Notes: generated from the sequence alone by a model not told the origin. DNA of 64,000 nt from Selaginella moellendorffii (GCF_000143415.4 NW_003314263.1:3313746-3377745), one strand, 5' to 3'. Numbered from the stretch's first letter, positions 36,586-50,817 are shown. Translations and numbers: made by a program.

Positions 36586-38481
36586 ATGAGACCAAAGGAT
36601 TTCAAAAACATCAAGATGAAATGTATTGTGGTTTTGGTCTCACTTGTCCTTGCTTCCTTAATATGCATCAACGTTTGGGTTCCAAGAATGATAAAATCAT
36701 CGTCATCTCCCGGTTATTACTTTCCTGATCTCGCACAAGATCACGGTTCTACCTGCTGGGAGGTGAGTTACTACGCTATAAACAACGATCCATTCTACAA
36801 GTGGGCAATTGGCTCCTCACTTCCAATGGCACTTAAGCTCGACGAGAAAGGCACTCTTGGCTACCAGCGGGCAAGTGTATGGAGAATCTCTGGAATGAAA
36901 GATGCCCGATCAAATGGTACAAGCATGTTCAACTCTCCAGATCCCCACGTTCTAGGAGGAGTCTTTCACCGTGTAAGTAAAGGTTTGGCTTGGGAGATGT
37001 CTATCAACTGGGGGATGAGTGTTCGACTCTGCATCACTTTGCCCAGAATGACTGGCGACCCGTGTCTCTTCACTGCTCCTGTAGTTTGGACAAACAAGCT
37101 CCATGCAAATGGTACGGGCTCTTATGCGGTCCTCATGGTGGGCGTTCCGTACAGAAAGGCTTCGTCACACATGTTTTCGGTTAGCAGCAGCTCCCTGTAT
37201 TTGCCCTGGGGAGATTACTTGACCAACTTTGCAAGTAACGCTAGAACTCAACTTGGGCTCACGATTGACAAAGGCAAGGGAAACAACGTTAACAAGTATG
37301 TGTACCAAGGAAACGTATGTGAAGCATCCAAGCCCGTTTTCGTCATTCCGGATGTAATATCGTATTTGGGATTTCCAACCCATCAGTGTGGCTGTGATGG
37401 GAACGTTTGCATCATTGACAGCAACTTGACGCAGCTGTCAGATTCGGACCAAGGCATATCTCCTTTGAAGCTGAATTCTACGAGCTGTAGTAGCAGGACT
37501 TCCACTCTTTGGAATCTTGAGGGCATAGTTCCAATGTTCTCTACATACAGCCTCAAACGAAACGGATCATTCACTTTTGAAGTGACATTTAGCTCTGGTT
37601 CAGCTGTAAATTTTTCAGAGGCGATGAAGGACGTTAACTATGGGATCATAAAGAACGTAAGCTCGTGTGTTCAGGGATGGCTGGAGCAACAGCCGGTTGA
37701 AAAACCTCTTACAACCATCTCCCAGGACTGTTCCCTTCAAGGCATGGCAAACCTTGATTATCACAGCGATGAAATGATGTTGCGATTCCCACTTGCTGCA
37801 TCGGGGATGAGAGAGACGTTTGATTATAAAGTTCCCATTGGCAACACACAAGAGGACGTTTACTGTGGCATGGATCAAGGACAAGTAGCACTGACCCAGA
37901 ACTTGTGCATGCTAAGCATGACGAAGCTCAAGCCCTCGGGAGAAATGTCAATGCTAGCACAGCAACTGGATGTCTTTGCAAACGTTGCGGACATAAAGAG
38001 GTTCGCCCTCAATGAATGGGAGAAGGGGTCTTCAAAGAGAGCTCGAGTTCTCTTTGAGATCTTGGTGGCAATCTTCACGATCGGGGCCACAATCTGGGGA
38101 ATGTTTGCCAAGTCATCGGAGAACTTTGAGAAGTCGCTCATCAGATTTGTTTGGACAGAGTTTCAACTTTCAGTGCTTAGAACATTTGCACGGGCCTTAA
38201 TCCTCATTGGAGTGATGATATGGAACACATTCAGCATCTTTCAGATGATCAAAGAGGTGGAACTAAAGCGTTGTCTTGCCACCTCTGGAACAATCATCCA
38301 GGAGTTGAACGGTACCAGCTTTTTGATCACCACCACCTCCACTATTGAAGTGATGCCCAAGTGGTCAATCTTATTTTGGGTGTGCTCACTGGAATTTGTT
38401 ATCTTTGTGGCAGCAGTCGTTCTAATCTTTCATAGATTGCGCAAATCCGAAGAGCTTAAGACTGAAGAGATCAACTTGTAA
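36586..38481 (+). CDS. Orphan intronless membrane glycoprotein (631 aa): N-terminal signal anchor, large Cys-containing ectodomain, three C-terminal hydrophobic segments
   Basis: Long ORF with TATA-like ctatatac at ~36548, multiple NxS/T sites and hydrophobic segments. No recognised family motif. Confidence 0.75.
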   Translation: MRPKDFKNIKMKCIVVLVSLVLASLICINVWVPRMIKSSSSPGYYFPDLAQDHGSTCWEVSYYAINNDPFYKWAIGSSLPMALKLDEKGTLGYQRASVWRISGMKDARSNGTSMFNSPDPHVLGGVFHRVSKGLAWEMSINWGMSVRLCITLPRMTGDPCLFTAPVVWTNKLHANGTGSYAVLMVGVPYRKASSHMFSVSSSSLYLPWGDYLTNFASNARTQLGLTIDKGKGNNVNKYVYQGNVCEASKPVFVIPDVISYLGFPTHQCGCDGNVCIIDSNLTQLSDSDQGISPLKLNSTSCSSRTSTLWNLEGIVPMFSTYSLKRNGSFTFEVTFSSGSAVNFSEAMKDVNYGIIKNVSSCVQGWLEQQPVEKPLTTISQDCSLQGMANLDYHSDEMMLRFPLAASGMRETFDYKVPIGNTQEDVYCGMDQGQVALTQNLCMLSMTKLKPSGEMSMLAQQLDVFANVADIKRFALNEWEKGSSKRARVLFEILVAIFTIGATIWGMFAKSSENFEKSLIRFVWTEFQLSVLRTFARALILIGVMIWNTFSIFQMIKEVELKRCLATSGTIIQELNGTSFLITTTSTIEVMPKWSILFWVCSLEFVIFVAAVVLIFHRLRKSEELKTEEINL

Positions 38482-38679
38482 TGAATAATATTTTCTGTTT
38501 GTATTTGAGTATATGTTTAGAGTAGCGGATTATCAGAATATAAATTTAAGGAGAAGCTAAATTATTGTAATGTGGGATGCTACGAGTTCTTGCTACTCAA
38601 CTACGAAGTCTTCTTCTTCTTTTTGTGATTCTTCAACTCAGCCTGGCAAATCCTTTGTCTGATTCCAAATCGATTACGA

Positions 38680-39702
38680 TTGAAAGAGGTCATCCAGCAT
38701 CTCCAGGTCGATCACCAGCATCTAGATGACAACGATTACGCTTCTCTCCTCCGGAAATGCATCGAATTCAAAGCTCTCACTGAGGGCCGCGACCTCCACA
38801 CCCTCATCTCCAAGGGAGAGTACGGACAGAGCTCCTACCTTTGCAATCTCCTCACCCAGCTGTACGGGAAATGCGGCCACCTCCATGCCGCGAGGGGAAT
38901 ATTCGACTCCCTGGGTGAGAGGAGGAACGTTTATTCCTGGAATATCATGATCATGGCATATGCCCAGAACCGTCTGGAGGAGGCCAAGGAGATCTATGAC
39001 CAGTCGCCACAAAGGACCATGGTGACGTATAACACAATGGTCACGGCATATTCCCAGAACGGGCATCTCCAGTGTGTCAAGGCCTTGTTTGATGGGATGG
39101 AGCAGCAAGACATTGTGTCATGGAACGCCATGCTAGCACCATATGCCCAGAGCAGGCACGACACCCAGACCGTCGATCTCTTCGAGTCCATGGACATCGA
39201 CGGCGTCACGCCCAACCACGTGTCACTCATCTCTGCACTGGACGCATGCAGCATGGTCGGGGAGCTGCGGCTGGCAGACACACTGTACGATGCAGCGCTG
39301 ACTCTTGGGTGTATGGGCGACTACAAGGTGTGTATGGCACTTGTAAACGCGTATGGCTGGTGTGGCAGCCTGGGCAATGCCAAGTGGATATTTGACCCCC
39401 TAAGAGTGATGAGATTACAGCCTGGAATCCTGTATCTGGTGGGCAAGAACCTCAGCGATGCCAAATCACTAGTTTTTTTCCATGCCCGCGCGCAATCACA
39501 TCTCCTGGAACATCATGATGGTCGCATTTGGGCGAAGTGGATTCCATTGCCAAGCCCTGGATTGCTTCTGGCTAATGGATCTCAATGGAATCTCCCCGGA
39601 CAGCGCCACTTTTGTGAATCTGTTGGATTTGTGCTCCACATTGGAAGAGGGCAAGACCATACATGCCTGCACAGAGGAGAGTGGTTATGCAACCCATGGT
39701 GA
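38680..39702 (+). pseudogene. PLS-class pentatricopeptide repeat (PPR) gene, frameshifted and truncated
   Basis: YASLLRKC, NLLTQLYGKCGHL..ARGIFD, RNVYSWNIMIMAYAQN and DIVSWNAML. Frame change near 39400-39480 into RNHISWNIMMVAFG. Confidence 0.85.
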
Positions 39703-39719
39703 CAATTGCTCAATGCTAT

Positions 39720-42700
39720 GTGGTTGCAATTAAACAATCAAACTCAATTGATGGTGACATTCATGGCGTGTGGTACAACTCTTCTTGCTCTTGCTACCAA
39801 CCTCATATTTGGCTAAAGTTCTTCTATAGAAATCCTAGGGATGATGTGTACTATTGTTTACAGTGATTGCCACATATCATTCCTGGGACAATGCATGGTG
39901 TTTGTATAAGTTTCCCATGTGTCTCAAAGGGATGGCATTGCAATTGTACAATGGTCTGAGTGCATCCACTTGTGCGGATTAGAGTATTCTCCTGGAAGTC
40001 TTCAAATATACATTTAAATATGTTGACAATTGTGATGATGTTTTCTAGCAATTGCATCATCTTCATTAAGGGTTATTTAAGTTAATGATGCAATTTAACA
40101 TTTGTTTCCAAAGCCTCTTGTTTGCCAAATATGGTAGAGTGAATTAAGTTGGGAATGTTGTGGCTCTTTCTGATCGTATTACACAATTGCAAATATTGTT
40201 AAAGTTGTTAATAATGTTTTTCATCTAGTTTATGAATTGTGAACAAGTATTTATGGATCTCAAAAAGTTATTGACGACTTTTCTAGTTTTGGCATATCCT
40301 ATTATATTCAACGTTTCATTTTGCGTGTGGATGTTTTTGATATCGATCTTAAACATGTGTTGATGTAAAAGAGTTTAAGTGTGCCTAGTCAATGCCATCC
40401 CATTGCATATATCACTGCATATTACAACCAGCAAAGGTGAACTACTCCACGATAAAGAATGAGTATTTAGTTGGGGTTTTGAGAAATTTCATGTATATCT
40501 ACATGGTTTTCAGACATTACTAAAAGATGATCATGCTGCAATTATTTTGTTATTAAAGTGGAAGAACGTAGTTAGTCATACTATTTGGTGGGCTTTGAAA
40601 CTTCAGATATATGATTTTGATGTTATTCATCACCTAAGATTGATGTTTTATGGTTTTATGGTTGATGTTGATGCCCTTTCTCGAGCTCATTTTCCTTCTT
40701 TGCTCTCTTCTTATGTTTCTAACAAACTTGTTTTAGCATTTGTGGATTTTTTGGACAAATATTTTGTGCCATTGGTAGTTGTTGTACTTGATATTCCATG
40801 TCCATAAGGTTAAGTTGTGGATCTAAAAACTTTGCGTTGGGTTTAAGAATCTTATATCACTTACTAGTGACTTGCCATTTCAATATTTACATTCTCAATA
40901 TCACCTTGAGGATGATATTTTTTATTTTGTGAGGATGAATCCTGATGATCATTTATAGCTAATAGTGTTTTTGATATTTATTCCATCCTTTCTCTATACC
41001 TACCATAATTCTCCTGTTCTAGGTGGGCATATAGGACATCATTGTGTGACTAAGAAGTTATATAGCTCTCTATTGACCGAAGATGTAATATGATGTTATC
41101 CAATATGTGCATAGTTGCATTTAATTCCAAACTTGTAAAACTCCCTCTCATTTTGTAGAAGGATAGTTGAAATCAATTGTAGTTTCCCATATATTTGAGT
41201 TAGTGGCGTTTAATCTGATGGGGCCTTCTCCAAGGTTGACTATTGGTAACGAGTATGTCATTATTGTTTCTAATCACTTAACTCATTAAGTGGAAGTTAA
41301 TGCTCTTGCTAATACATCTACAACTGCTGTTAAATACTTCCTCCTTAATCGAGTGGTATTTTAGCATTTATGTCCGAAGTGAGCTCTTTCAGATAATGGT
41401 TCTATATTTATGGTTAAGGTATTTCATGTTTTAACATCTCAATTGGGAATATGCCACACTTTCACGAGTGTTTATCATTCACAATCAGATAGTTTGGTGA
41501 AATGGCTCATTCGAACCTTCAAAGGGACGAACTACCAATAATAATCTTGGGATTAATATTTGTGAAGCATTATTCCACTGATCCAAGTAGAGTTTATTGA
41601 ACACTTAGGCCACTTACAAGTTGTAGCGCACGTGGTTTTGACCCTTTATCCTATGGTGATTTACCATAGGATAACACCACGAAGCGGAACCTAAACCCTC
41701 TTTGTGCCACGTGACAGATGCCACGTGTCACATACCACGTGTCCATGCCACGTGTCCATAGGAACCCGAGGTTCAGGGCCTTGGGCCACTGAACGAAGGA
41801 ACGGTGCCAAACTCCCAAGCGTGACGCCAAGGAGTGATGAAACCGGACCACGGAGCAACTCCCGAGCATATAGCCCAAGGAGCGAGGGACAGGGGCCCGG
41901 AGCAACTTGGAACAGTCCTAGAGCAACCAGCATCCCAATGCCAGGACCAGCACGCAAAACGGAGCCAAACGGAGTCTGGCGCTATTTCGGCATACCGGTG
42001 GCCTAACGTGAGAATATGGGTACTCCACCAGCTAGCATGGAATGGAACTTGGGCTTAGACCCAAGCCGGACGCAGAACAAGGACAGGCACACAAGCAGGA
42101 GCTAGACTATGCCTCAGGTTGGTCGGCCATGCCCGACCTACCCACTATCCCTACTATACATTTGGAACCCCCCATAGCCCCCCCCCCCCCCCCTTGAGGA
42201 ACACACGCTTTGGGCTTTCACCCCAAGCCTCCCTTAGTATCAGGAGTTAGTCTCTGGGACAAACTCGAAACTTACTAAATATGGAATGTCCTTAGATTGC
42301 GAATTTGGACACGGGACAAACACCATTGTGTTCAGGCCGATCTCTACATTCCATAGATATGCCAAATGAGCAAATCTGGACACTTTCCATAAATAGCATC
42401 TGGGACAAATTGAGACTAACACAAAGGGCATGATAGCGAGGGTGTTTGGCAGACACGGTAAGCTATCATCTAGCGATGTTGAGGGACCAAGCTCAATATC
42501 GCGGGGGTTCCCAACACTAGCAAGTGCAAGTCAACGAATGAGTTTCTCTAACCAGGTCAAGTATGCTTGACTAATAGCACTTAGGAATTCCGTCCTTATG
42601 CCCATCTGGTCAAGTGCACACGCAAGGACCAGTTTCTCAACTAGCTTAGGCGGAGACTAATAACGGGTCCAGCAATACCGACCTCCTGCCATCGTGACAG

Positions 42701-45700
42701 TAAGGTAAGAGTGTCCGTAAGGACTAGCCGACAGGTAACTTTCGATACCCAAAGTCACATGCGCGACACTCTCCCCCCCTTGGGAAGATCGACATCCTCG
42801 TCGATGCATACTCCAGTCTAGAATACCGCCAAGGAAACAACTCCATAAAAAGTTCACGGTACTCACACTATGTGAGAAATGCACCAACTTAAATGAGTTA
42901 GGGGGCAACCTCTTTGTCTAACGCAGATGCGCTACCAGCTCAGACACCTTCCGGCCGTCGCCGACAAGGAAATGACCAACGGAGTCAGCCACCCCTGCTG
43001 CTCTGGGAGTCACCCAGCTGACAAAAGTGTGATATGCCCTGCCCGCAGAGACATAGAGAGAGAAGCCAGAGGCCCCAACCCTCCTGAGCAAAGAAACCAA
43101 ACCCGTCGGTAAGGTTTAGATAGACTACTGTCAACAGGCAGTTTAGAGTTGTTTACACGGTCACGCCCTTTCACGGAACAAGGAACATCGACAAAGAGGC
43201 GGGTTATGTGACCAGTCGACAATAGCTACCCCATGACTAGAGATTTCACCATGCACACGAAGTGCCGAAGCCAGTCTGCCTATACTGGCCCAAACTCAAA
43301 GATCAATAGATGGACAATATCAAAGTCATAGACAATGATATCTTAGAGATTTAATTATCAGTGAATAAAGCTTAGATTAGAACACAAAAGTATTCCAAGT
43401 AAGTTATCATCCGATAAACCAGTAGTATTGTAGATAGGACCCACCAAGATCATCATAATTGGTAAACATAGGAATCACCATCTAACAAAATTGAATAGCA
43501 AGTATATCATCAAGGAAACGCAATGATGAAACTTAACTATCGAAGATAGTAGACAGTAAGCCAACAACTTACTAGAGAGAACTCAAAGAACATAAAGTAT
43601 CATTGACTAACAAGCACAATGCTCGCGAATGTATCACCCAAAGGAAATAACATCCAAATCTATCAAAACTAACTCGAGCAACAATCAACAGAACAAAATG
43701 AATGTTGCAAAGCAAACAAACGCTTGTTCATATTAACCATTACACTAGCCAATCCGAATAGATCCCAACCAACAACACGAAGGAACTCAAGTTGCCTAAG
43801 CAAGTGTTAGCAACATCCTACGGATGTTTCAAACCCAAGAGACCAATCCAGAGCAAACCACAAAGAATATGTGGTATTGTGAAAAGCCATAAGCCATCAA
43901 AGAGAACAACTAACTATCATGAAAGATCGTCAATCATTCCATCAATAAAGAGATGCATAATCATCGTCTAAGAAGGAATCCACCATCCCGAAGAACGGCA
44001 AACCATTCTATACTAACAATAATCAAGCAAAACTTTTTGACATGGATAATCAACTTTCCTAGATGATAGTTAATCATCACCAATGATTGCTAGATGCAAA
44101 AGCCAACTTCAACATCGAAGCTAATGAGCCAAAATGCCTTCCCCAACAACTTCTAACAAATGGAACAATGAGCACAAAACTCAAGAACCAAAAGCTCGAA
44201 GAAGCCTATAACTAAGTCTTGCCTAATAATGATCACGAGTCTCATAGAAGCTAACTTCAATGCTAAAGAAGAAATCATGGTGCAACCCACAATATCTTCC
44301 TCAACACATCCATAAGCCAAACTTCATAATGCCAAAGCTAATGAAGAGCATTTCTGCATCAATCCAAAAGCTAAGCATAACGAAGCTATGCTTAACAAGT
44401 GATCACCAAACGATCCTCCATGAATCCATCTATAGCAAGACGTAACTCACTTCATAGCAAGCACAAGAAGAATCATCAATGATTGATATATTTCAACTAA
44501 AATCCCATAAGGATTCAAAATATTCCAACATCGATCACTAACTCTCCCATTTGTAGAGTTAGCATAGTCCATGACTAAATCACTTTTCAAGGAAAAGCTC
44601 AAAGCTCAACCCCTACTAAATAATCTCGTTTAGAACACAACTAACTCAAACTTGCCACTCAGTTCATTTGAACGTCAACATAGTTGCTAACTAGCAAACG
44701 CATGAATGCCAACAACACAAAGCTAAAGCCAAATCATCAACACTTTTCATTAAAACTAATGAAACTCAATATCAATCCTAAGGAAAGACATTTCATTTCA
44801 CTCAAGTCTCAATATCAACAATATCAATGACAAGGCCTCACTTCAATGCCATCAACACCAGGACAAAGCTAGAAGGAAGCAAGAGTGAATCACCACTTGG
44901 AGCTTTCCAGCAACCAAGCTAACCAAAGTCGAAGATACTATACTTAGTATCCGAGACCAATCCTTCAGCAAAACTCAGTGACAGATAACACATCATCAAG
45001 GAGTGAATCACCACATCCAAGACTCAATGAAATCCAACACCACGGACTAAACGTAACCAAATGATATCGACAGAGATAGAATCGATATACTAACATAGGA
45101 AAGCTATGCAAGTCTAACGACACGATCCTCCGCAACACCATCCGGTAAAGCAAGCCCATCACTGCTAAATCATCATCGAGCAAAGCAAGTGTCAATTGTC
45201 CTTGATGAAGTCTACAAGTAATCACTAGTCGCAAAGCAACTAACAATCACTCCTCAACTTGCGTTCACAAGACCCAAACACCAACTCAAATCATCGAGTC
45301 ACATACTCATCCAATATGAACGTAATACCCCAAGTATGAGATAAAAGTTCATAGACAAGCACAAACTAAATGACCACTCGAATCCAACTCAACCGCAATA
45401 AGCCCACTAATGCATTTAGTCAATAGCTCTGAGCATGCCTTGAAGAGGCTAGCTATGTGATCAACACTCAGTCGAAACTCAAGTGAAGACCATGAGATGG
45501 ACTCATATCGGTACACAACCTCCTCATAGACAAAGCTATAGTACGGGTACCAACATCTCAACCTCAAACAACTAAGTTGGACATCACCATCCTCAGCCAA
45601 GGTGCAGGGCCACCAAAACCAAGTCAAGATCAGTGAGAGCTCACTACTCTCATAGAGTCTAACGTAATGCAAGGTGCAAATTGCCACCAAGCACAATGCT

Positions 45701-48700
45701 ACAAAAGAAAGGCACAAGGGTCACCTTTCTCAGAAAAGCGCAACAGCCACTTTTCTACACCAACTCTAGACTCTATCCAACTCAATTGCCTTAGCCCCAA
45801 AAGTCAGCATCCCTTTCGGGCCGCATCATACAAACTACTTACTAAGATCTAAGCCAACCGAAGTCAACTCCAACCTCTTCACTAGTTTGTACTGGCTTTC
45901 GAAAATGGAATGGTTTTCGAGCAAAGTGATCAATAGATCAGCCATTAGAAAGTCTAAGAAAATTTGTGGAAAATTTTCCATCCTAGAGAAAGAATGACTC
46001 TCAATCCAGAATTGCAAACTTTCAAGACTCAACCAATTTCCTCCTACCAACAACTTCACATAGGCTCACTTCAACACAAATTCTCATGATCGAACAACAT
46101 GCTTAAGCATTGAACATCTTTGCCCATTTAACCGTTATCCAACACCGATATCCGCAAAGTGCAAAATGAACATCCAAGGCTTGATCACGAAGACCACTTC
46201 TTCGGATATCCATATTGCACTAACACTCTTCTTCAATCACCTTCAAGATCCAATGTGAAGCCAAAACACTAACAAGAAAAATGACATGGAAAAATCAAGG
46301 TCCAAGGAAAATTCCTCATCACTTGAAATAACAATGCCACTTCCACTAACACAAGTGCTAGTGATATCAATGCCCCAACTACACATCTTCTCCATCCAAC
46401 AATCTACTCCAAGTGCTAACGGATCAACCGACAAGCCATAGCAAGTAAATGCTATAACCCTTTTCCAACACTAATGGACAAACTCAAGGAAACAAGGAAC
46501 CAACTTAAGCTTAGCATAATGAACCACCACCGAGAATCCAGTCAAAGCTACTACAATGCTACTTCGTGCAAGTAAACTAACTTCTCCATCCACCACTTTG
46601 GGGGTTGATCATCATTTATCCAAGCAACTTCGTAAACACATTGCTCATTATCACATGGATATGATATATAATCACAATGACTTGATCATCAATCGAGCAA
46701 CACTACGAGCATCATCCATGTCACTACTACAAAGGTTTACGTAAATATCAAGTGTCGACTCAATTCAATAAAATGTAACATAAATGCCACACTCCACTGA
46801 TAGAGATTTATAACACCAAATACCACCAACTTTTGTTCACAACACAGATAAGCTCATGCCACCCTCTTTCTGACCAAACTCAAAACTAATCCAACACCAA
46901 GCTACTCAAGGAGCAATAGCAAGGTTTCCCGGAAAAGAATTGAGCATTGCAACCCAAGTCTTCTAATAGCAAGCCTAGACAAAATGGATTAGCGCTTCAC
47001 TGCTATCCATCCCATAACTCACCATTGTAAGACCATCATTTCCAACATGCATCAAGGTAGGGACTCTTGATTGCATAATGTGAACACAAGCAATGAGTTA
47101 ACACCTCATTGCAAATCATCTCTCCTAGAAGAGAAAATGATTTACGTATTTGATCCTCCGTCCCCGATAAGTCTCTTTCGGGTCTCATCTTTGACTAAAC
47201 CTCAAGCTTGCTTTCGCACTGCCTTTAGTCCAGTCCAAGAAAAGCTTATGAGAGAGCACGGCAATGATTACTTGAACCAATAGACTAATCCCTACAGTCT
47301 TAATTGATCCACTTGTAGTCTTGCCTAGGAAGGATCCACTAGTGCCGTGCTAAACAGCTACGGACCAGCCTATTTGCCACTCATAGCAAACCCAAGGAAA
47401 GTTTACTTTCACCCACGGTACATGAAACAACTCATGGAACCAACAATAGGCTAACATTAATCCTGCCAACTCAAAGTGTAACCTAGAGTTGCTAATGTGC
47501 CTCACTCACGAGCCCAAGCGCAAACTCGTGTAACGGAACAACTCAGTCCACCTATGAGCCCAAGAGCAAGCTCACATAATATGGAACAAAAAGGTAACCA
47601 AAACCATACCCAAGGAACGATTGCGAAGTCTTTGCACCCAAACGTGTACCCACTCGGATCATCGTTTTCATCTCTGCGTATGCAACGAGACTAGTTGCCC
47701 AATCTCATTGAATAGTATTCGCTGAGACTCATTCTCTGATACCAAATGTAGCGCACGTGGTTTTGACCCTTTATCCTATGGTGATTTACCATAGGATAAC
47801 ACCACGAAGCGGAACCTAAACCCTCTTTGTGCCACGTGACAGATGCCACGTGTCACATACCACGTGTCCATGCCACGTGTCCATAGGAACCCGAGGTTCA
47901 GGGCCTTGGGCCACTGAACGAAGGAACGGTGCCAAACTCCCAAGCGTGACGCCAAGGAGTGATGAAACCGGACCACGGAGCAACTCCCGAGCATATAGCC
48001 CAAGGAGCGAGGGACAGGGGCCCGGAGCGACTTGGAACAGTCCTAGAGCAACCAGCATCCCAATGCCAGGACCAGCACGCAAAACGGAGCCAAACGGAGT
48101 CTGGCGCTATTTCGGCATACCGGTGGCCTAACGTGAGAATATGGGTACTCCACCAGCTAGCATGGAATGGAACTTGGGCTTAGACCCAAGCCGGACGCAG
48201 AACAAGGACAGGCACGCAAGCGGGAGCTAGACTATGCCTCAGGTTGGTCGGCCATGCCCGACCTACCCACTATCCCTACTATACATTTGGAACCCCCCAT
48301 AGCCCCCCCCCCTTGAGGAACACACGCTTTGGGCTTTCACCCCAAGCCTCCCTTAGTATCAGGAGTTAGTCTCTGGGACAAACTCGAAACTTACTAAATA
48401 TGGAATGTCCTTAGATTGCGAATTTGGACACGGGACAAACACCATTGTGTTCAGGCCGATCTCTACATTCCATAGATATGCCAAATGAGCAAATCTGGAC
48501 ACTTTCCATAAATAGCATCTGGGACAAATTGAGACTAACACAAAGGGCATGATAGCGAGGGTGTTTGGCAGACACGGTAAGCTATCATCTAGCGATGTTG
48601 AGGGACCAAGCTCAATATCGCGGGGGTTCCCAACACTAGCAAGTGCAAGTCAACGAATGAGTTTCTCTAACCAGGTCAAGTATGCTTGACTAATAGCACT

Positions 48701-49575
48701 TAGGAATTCCGTCCTTATGCCCATCTGGTCAAGTGCACACGCGAGGACCAGTTTCTCAACTAGCTTAGGCGGAGACTAATAACGGGTCCAGCAATACCGA
48801 CCTCCTGCCATCGTGACAGTAAGGTAAGAGTGTCCGTAAGGACTAGCCGACAGGTAACTTTCGATACCCGAAGTCACATGCGCGACACAAGTGGGATAAC
48901 AATGATGCTACAACTCTCATTATTGTTCACTTATAGAGTACAAAGTGGATGACTTGGTGTTAATCTATTTTCTTAATCTTACGGCACATGGTTTGTTTAA
49001 AGGGCTCTTTGCTCATTATAAAAGACTATATCGTGTATTGTGGCAAATTAAACCACAAGTTTATGAGGTTTGGCATAATGTCCAATAGGCTGATCCTTTA
49101 GAAACTGTAGCGCATGTGATCATGGGATGAAATTTGGATATATTGTCACCGTGAATCTTTGGAACCTTGGGAGATAAATGGGGATAAAATAGCCACTAAG
49201 GGCTCTCTCATTAAGCAATTGCCCTTTTTTCAGTTAGTTTTTCTCCCCGGAAAGAAATAAGGTGCACTACATTAATTATACATATGCAATAGTTGAAATG
49301 CTTCATACAAAGGGATTAGGAAAAATTAATATCACTTATAGATCCACTGATGTTTGTTCCTCTAGATCTCAGCCTATCCACTAAAGAATCTTAATTATTT
49401 TCCATCATTCTAAAAGGAGGGGATGATGTGATGTCCAAGTGTATGGCTATGATGCTATATATTAATATTAGTGTAGTGGGATTTTGATAGCTGTCAGATT
49501 GGTTTTAATCAGGACTAATTGCTCTTGCATATAAGTTAGAGTTTTTAGGTTAATTAATATGCATATTTCTGTATT
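39720..49575 (+). mobile_element. Old, highly degraded gypsy remnant (RNase H/integrase traces, PPT and 3' LTR start ~49427), interrupted by element 3
   Basis: WWALKLQIYDFDVIH..VDALSR at 40547-40690, integrase-like traces at 41000-41560, and purine tract aaaaggaggggatga followed by tgtgatgtcc. Confidence 0.65.
41622..48887 (-). mobile_element. Non-autonomous (LARD-like) LTR element 3 (LTRs 41622-42768 and 47747-48887)
   Basis: Near-identical TG...CA LTRs and TSD CAAGT. PBS tggtatcagag (minus strand, 47734-47744) and PPT agggggggagag at 42769-42780. The 5-kb internal region has no long ORF. Confidence 0.93.
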
Positions 49576-50359
49576 CCATGCACTTATAAAACTTAATATA
49601 TTAATAAAATTATAATAAAAGTTAATAAAATAAAATAAAATAATTAAATTTAGAAAACATTAGCAAATTATAGTTACAAGATAATTATATTAAAAATATT
49701 TTTCTTTTAAAATAGAGGAAATTTTTTTTAGCAAAATTTATGATTCTCTAAATACTATATATCTGGTATATCTGGGAAAGCATTTGATAAGTAAGTCATT
49801 TATGAGAAGTTTATAGTAATAATGTTTAGAGTAAGTTTTTAATTTGCTTAAGCAAATAAACATGTGGATGATAATGAATATACCTAGAATATGCTTGAAT
49901 ATTCGAGAATATTCTACCATCTAACAGTTGTTATTAATCTAGATTAATCTTGTATTTATAAATTATAAACAAACTTTCCTAAACACTTCCTAGTATATTC
50001 TAGTTATTCTACTATCTAATGGTTGATATTCAATAAATGTTTATAAATTATAAACATGTTTATAATTATATACTTCCATTTGATTAATTGGATTAATAAA
50101 TCAGATTAAACAAGCCAAGCGGTTTTAGAAAAAATTAAAATATAATTTTAACATATAAAACATTAGTAACATTTTTTAGTTACTAATTACTAAGTTCTTC
50201 CAAACCCTCTGTAAACTTCACTTGTATCCAGAGCTCACCCATTACCACTTGGCTCAAGGTAGATGTTCTCAATCCCGCTCCCTTGAAACACAAGCTCGAG
50301 CATGCCTAACTCTTCCCTCTGCCAAGGCCTCCACGATCTGCCATCTTACACGTTTCTGT

Positions 50360-50620
50360 AAGGCAAACTATTCTAAGCACATCATCAAGAAAATCCTGCC
50401 AAACAGCTTGAACTCATGAAATCTATGCAAAATTCATTCAGCGAGGTTTGGGTATATGCTGTTTACTTTAAACTCTGCCAACTTTGTGATGGATTTTCTT
50501 AAAGAGAAGAGACAGCAACGGGTAGCATTTCGAGTCTCAGCGCGCTGAGTTTGTGTTTCACGGGAACTCGATTCTTAAACAAGACCTTGATCCCAGCAAA
50601 GCCAAGTGGAGAAGTTCTAA
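50360..50620 (+). pseudogene. Fragment of the WWE-ART gene family
   Basis: gagtttgtgtttcacggg...cttaaacaagaccttgatcccagcaaagccaag matches 51432-51510 (EFVFHG...LDP.KAK). Confidence 0.6.
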
Positions 50621-50817
50621 TAGAACCTGCAGATCTTAACAGTGTCTTAAGAAGAAAATATCCAGCAAATTAAACTTGGATCTTCCATACACTGTGAATT
50701 CAGCTGAAGCTTCCATTGCTCGTTTGCCGCTAAAAACTTATCTGTCTAGAGAAACAGACGCCAGTTTGTGCATTCCAGATTAAATATTACAACTAATTAG
50801 GTTTTGTCTATCCAAAA

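Noticed and set aside
15175-48887. Retrozyme-type hammerhead ribozyme in the LTRs of the non-autonomous elements
   Set aside because: No CUGANGA...GAAA core with flanking stems found by eye. An Infernal search would be needed to exclude it fully.
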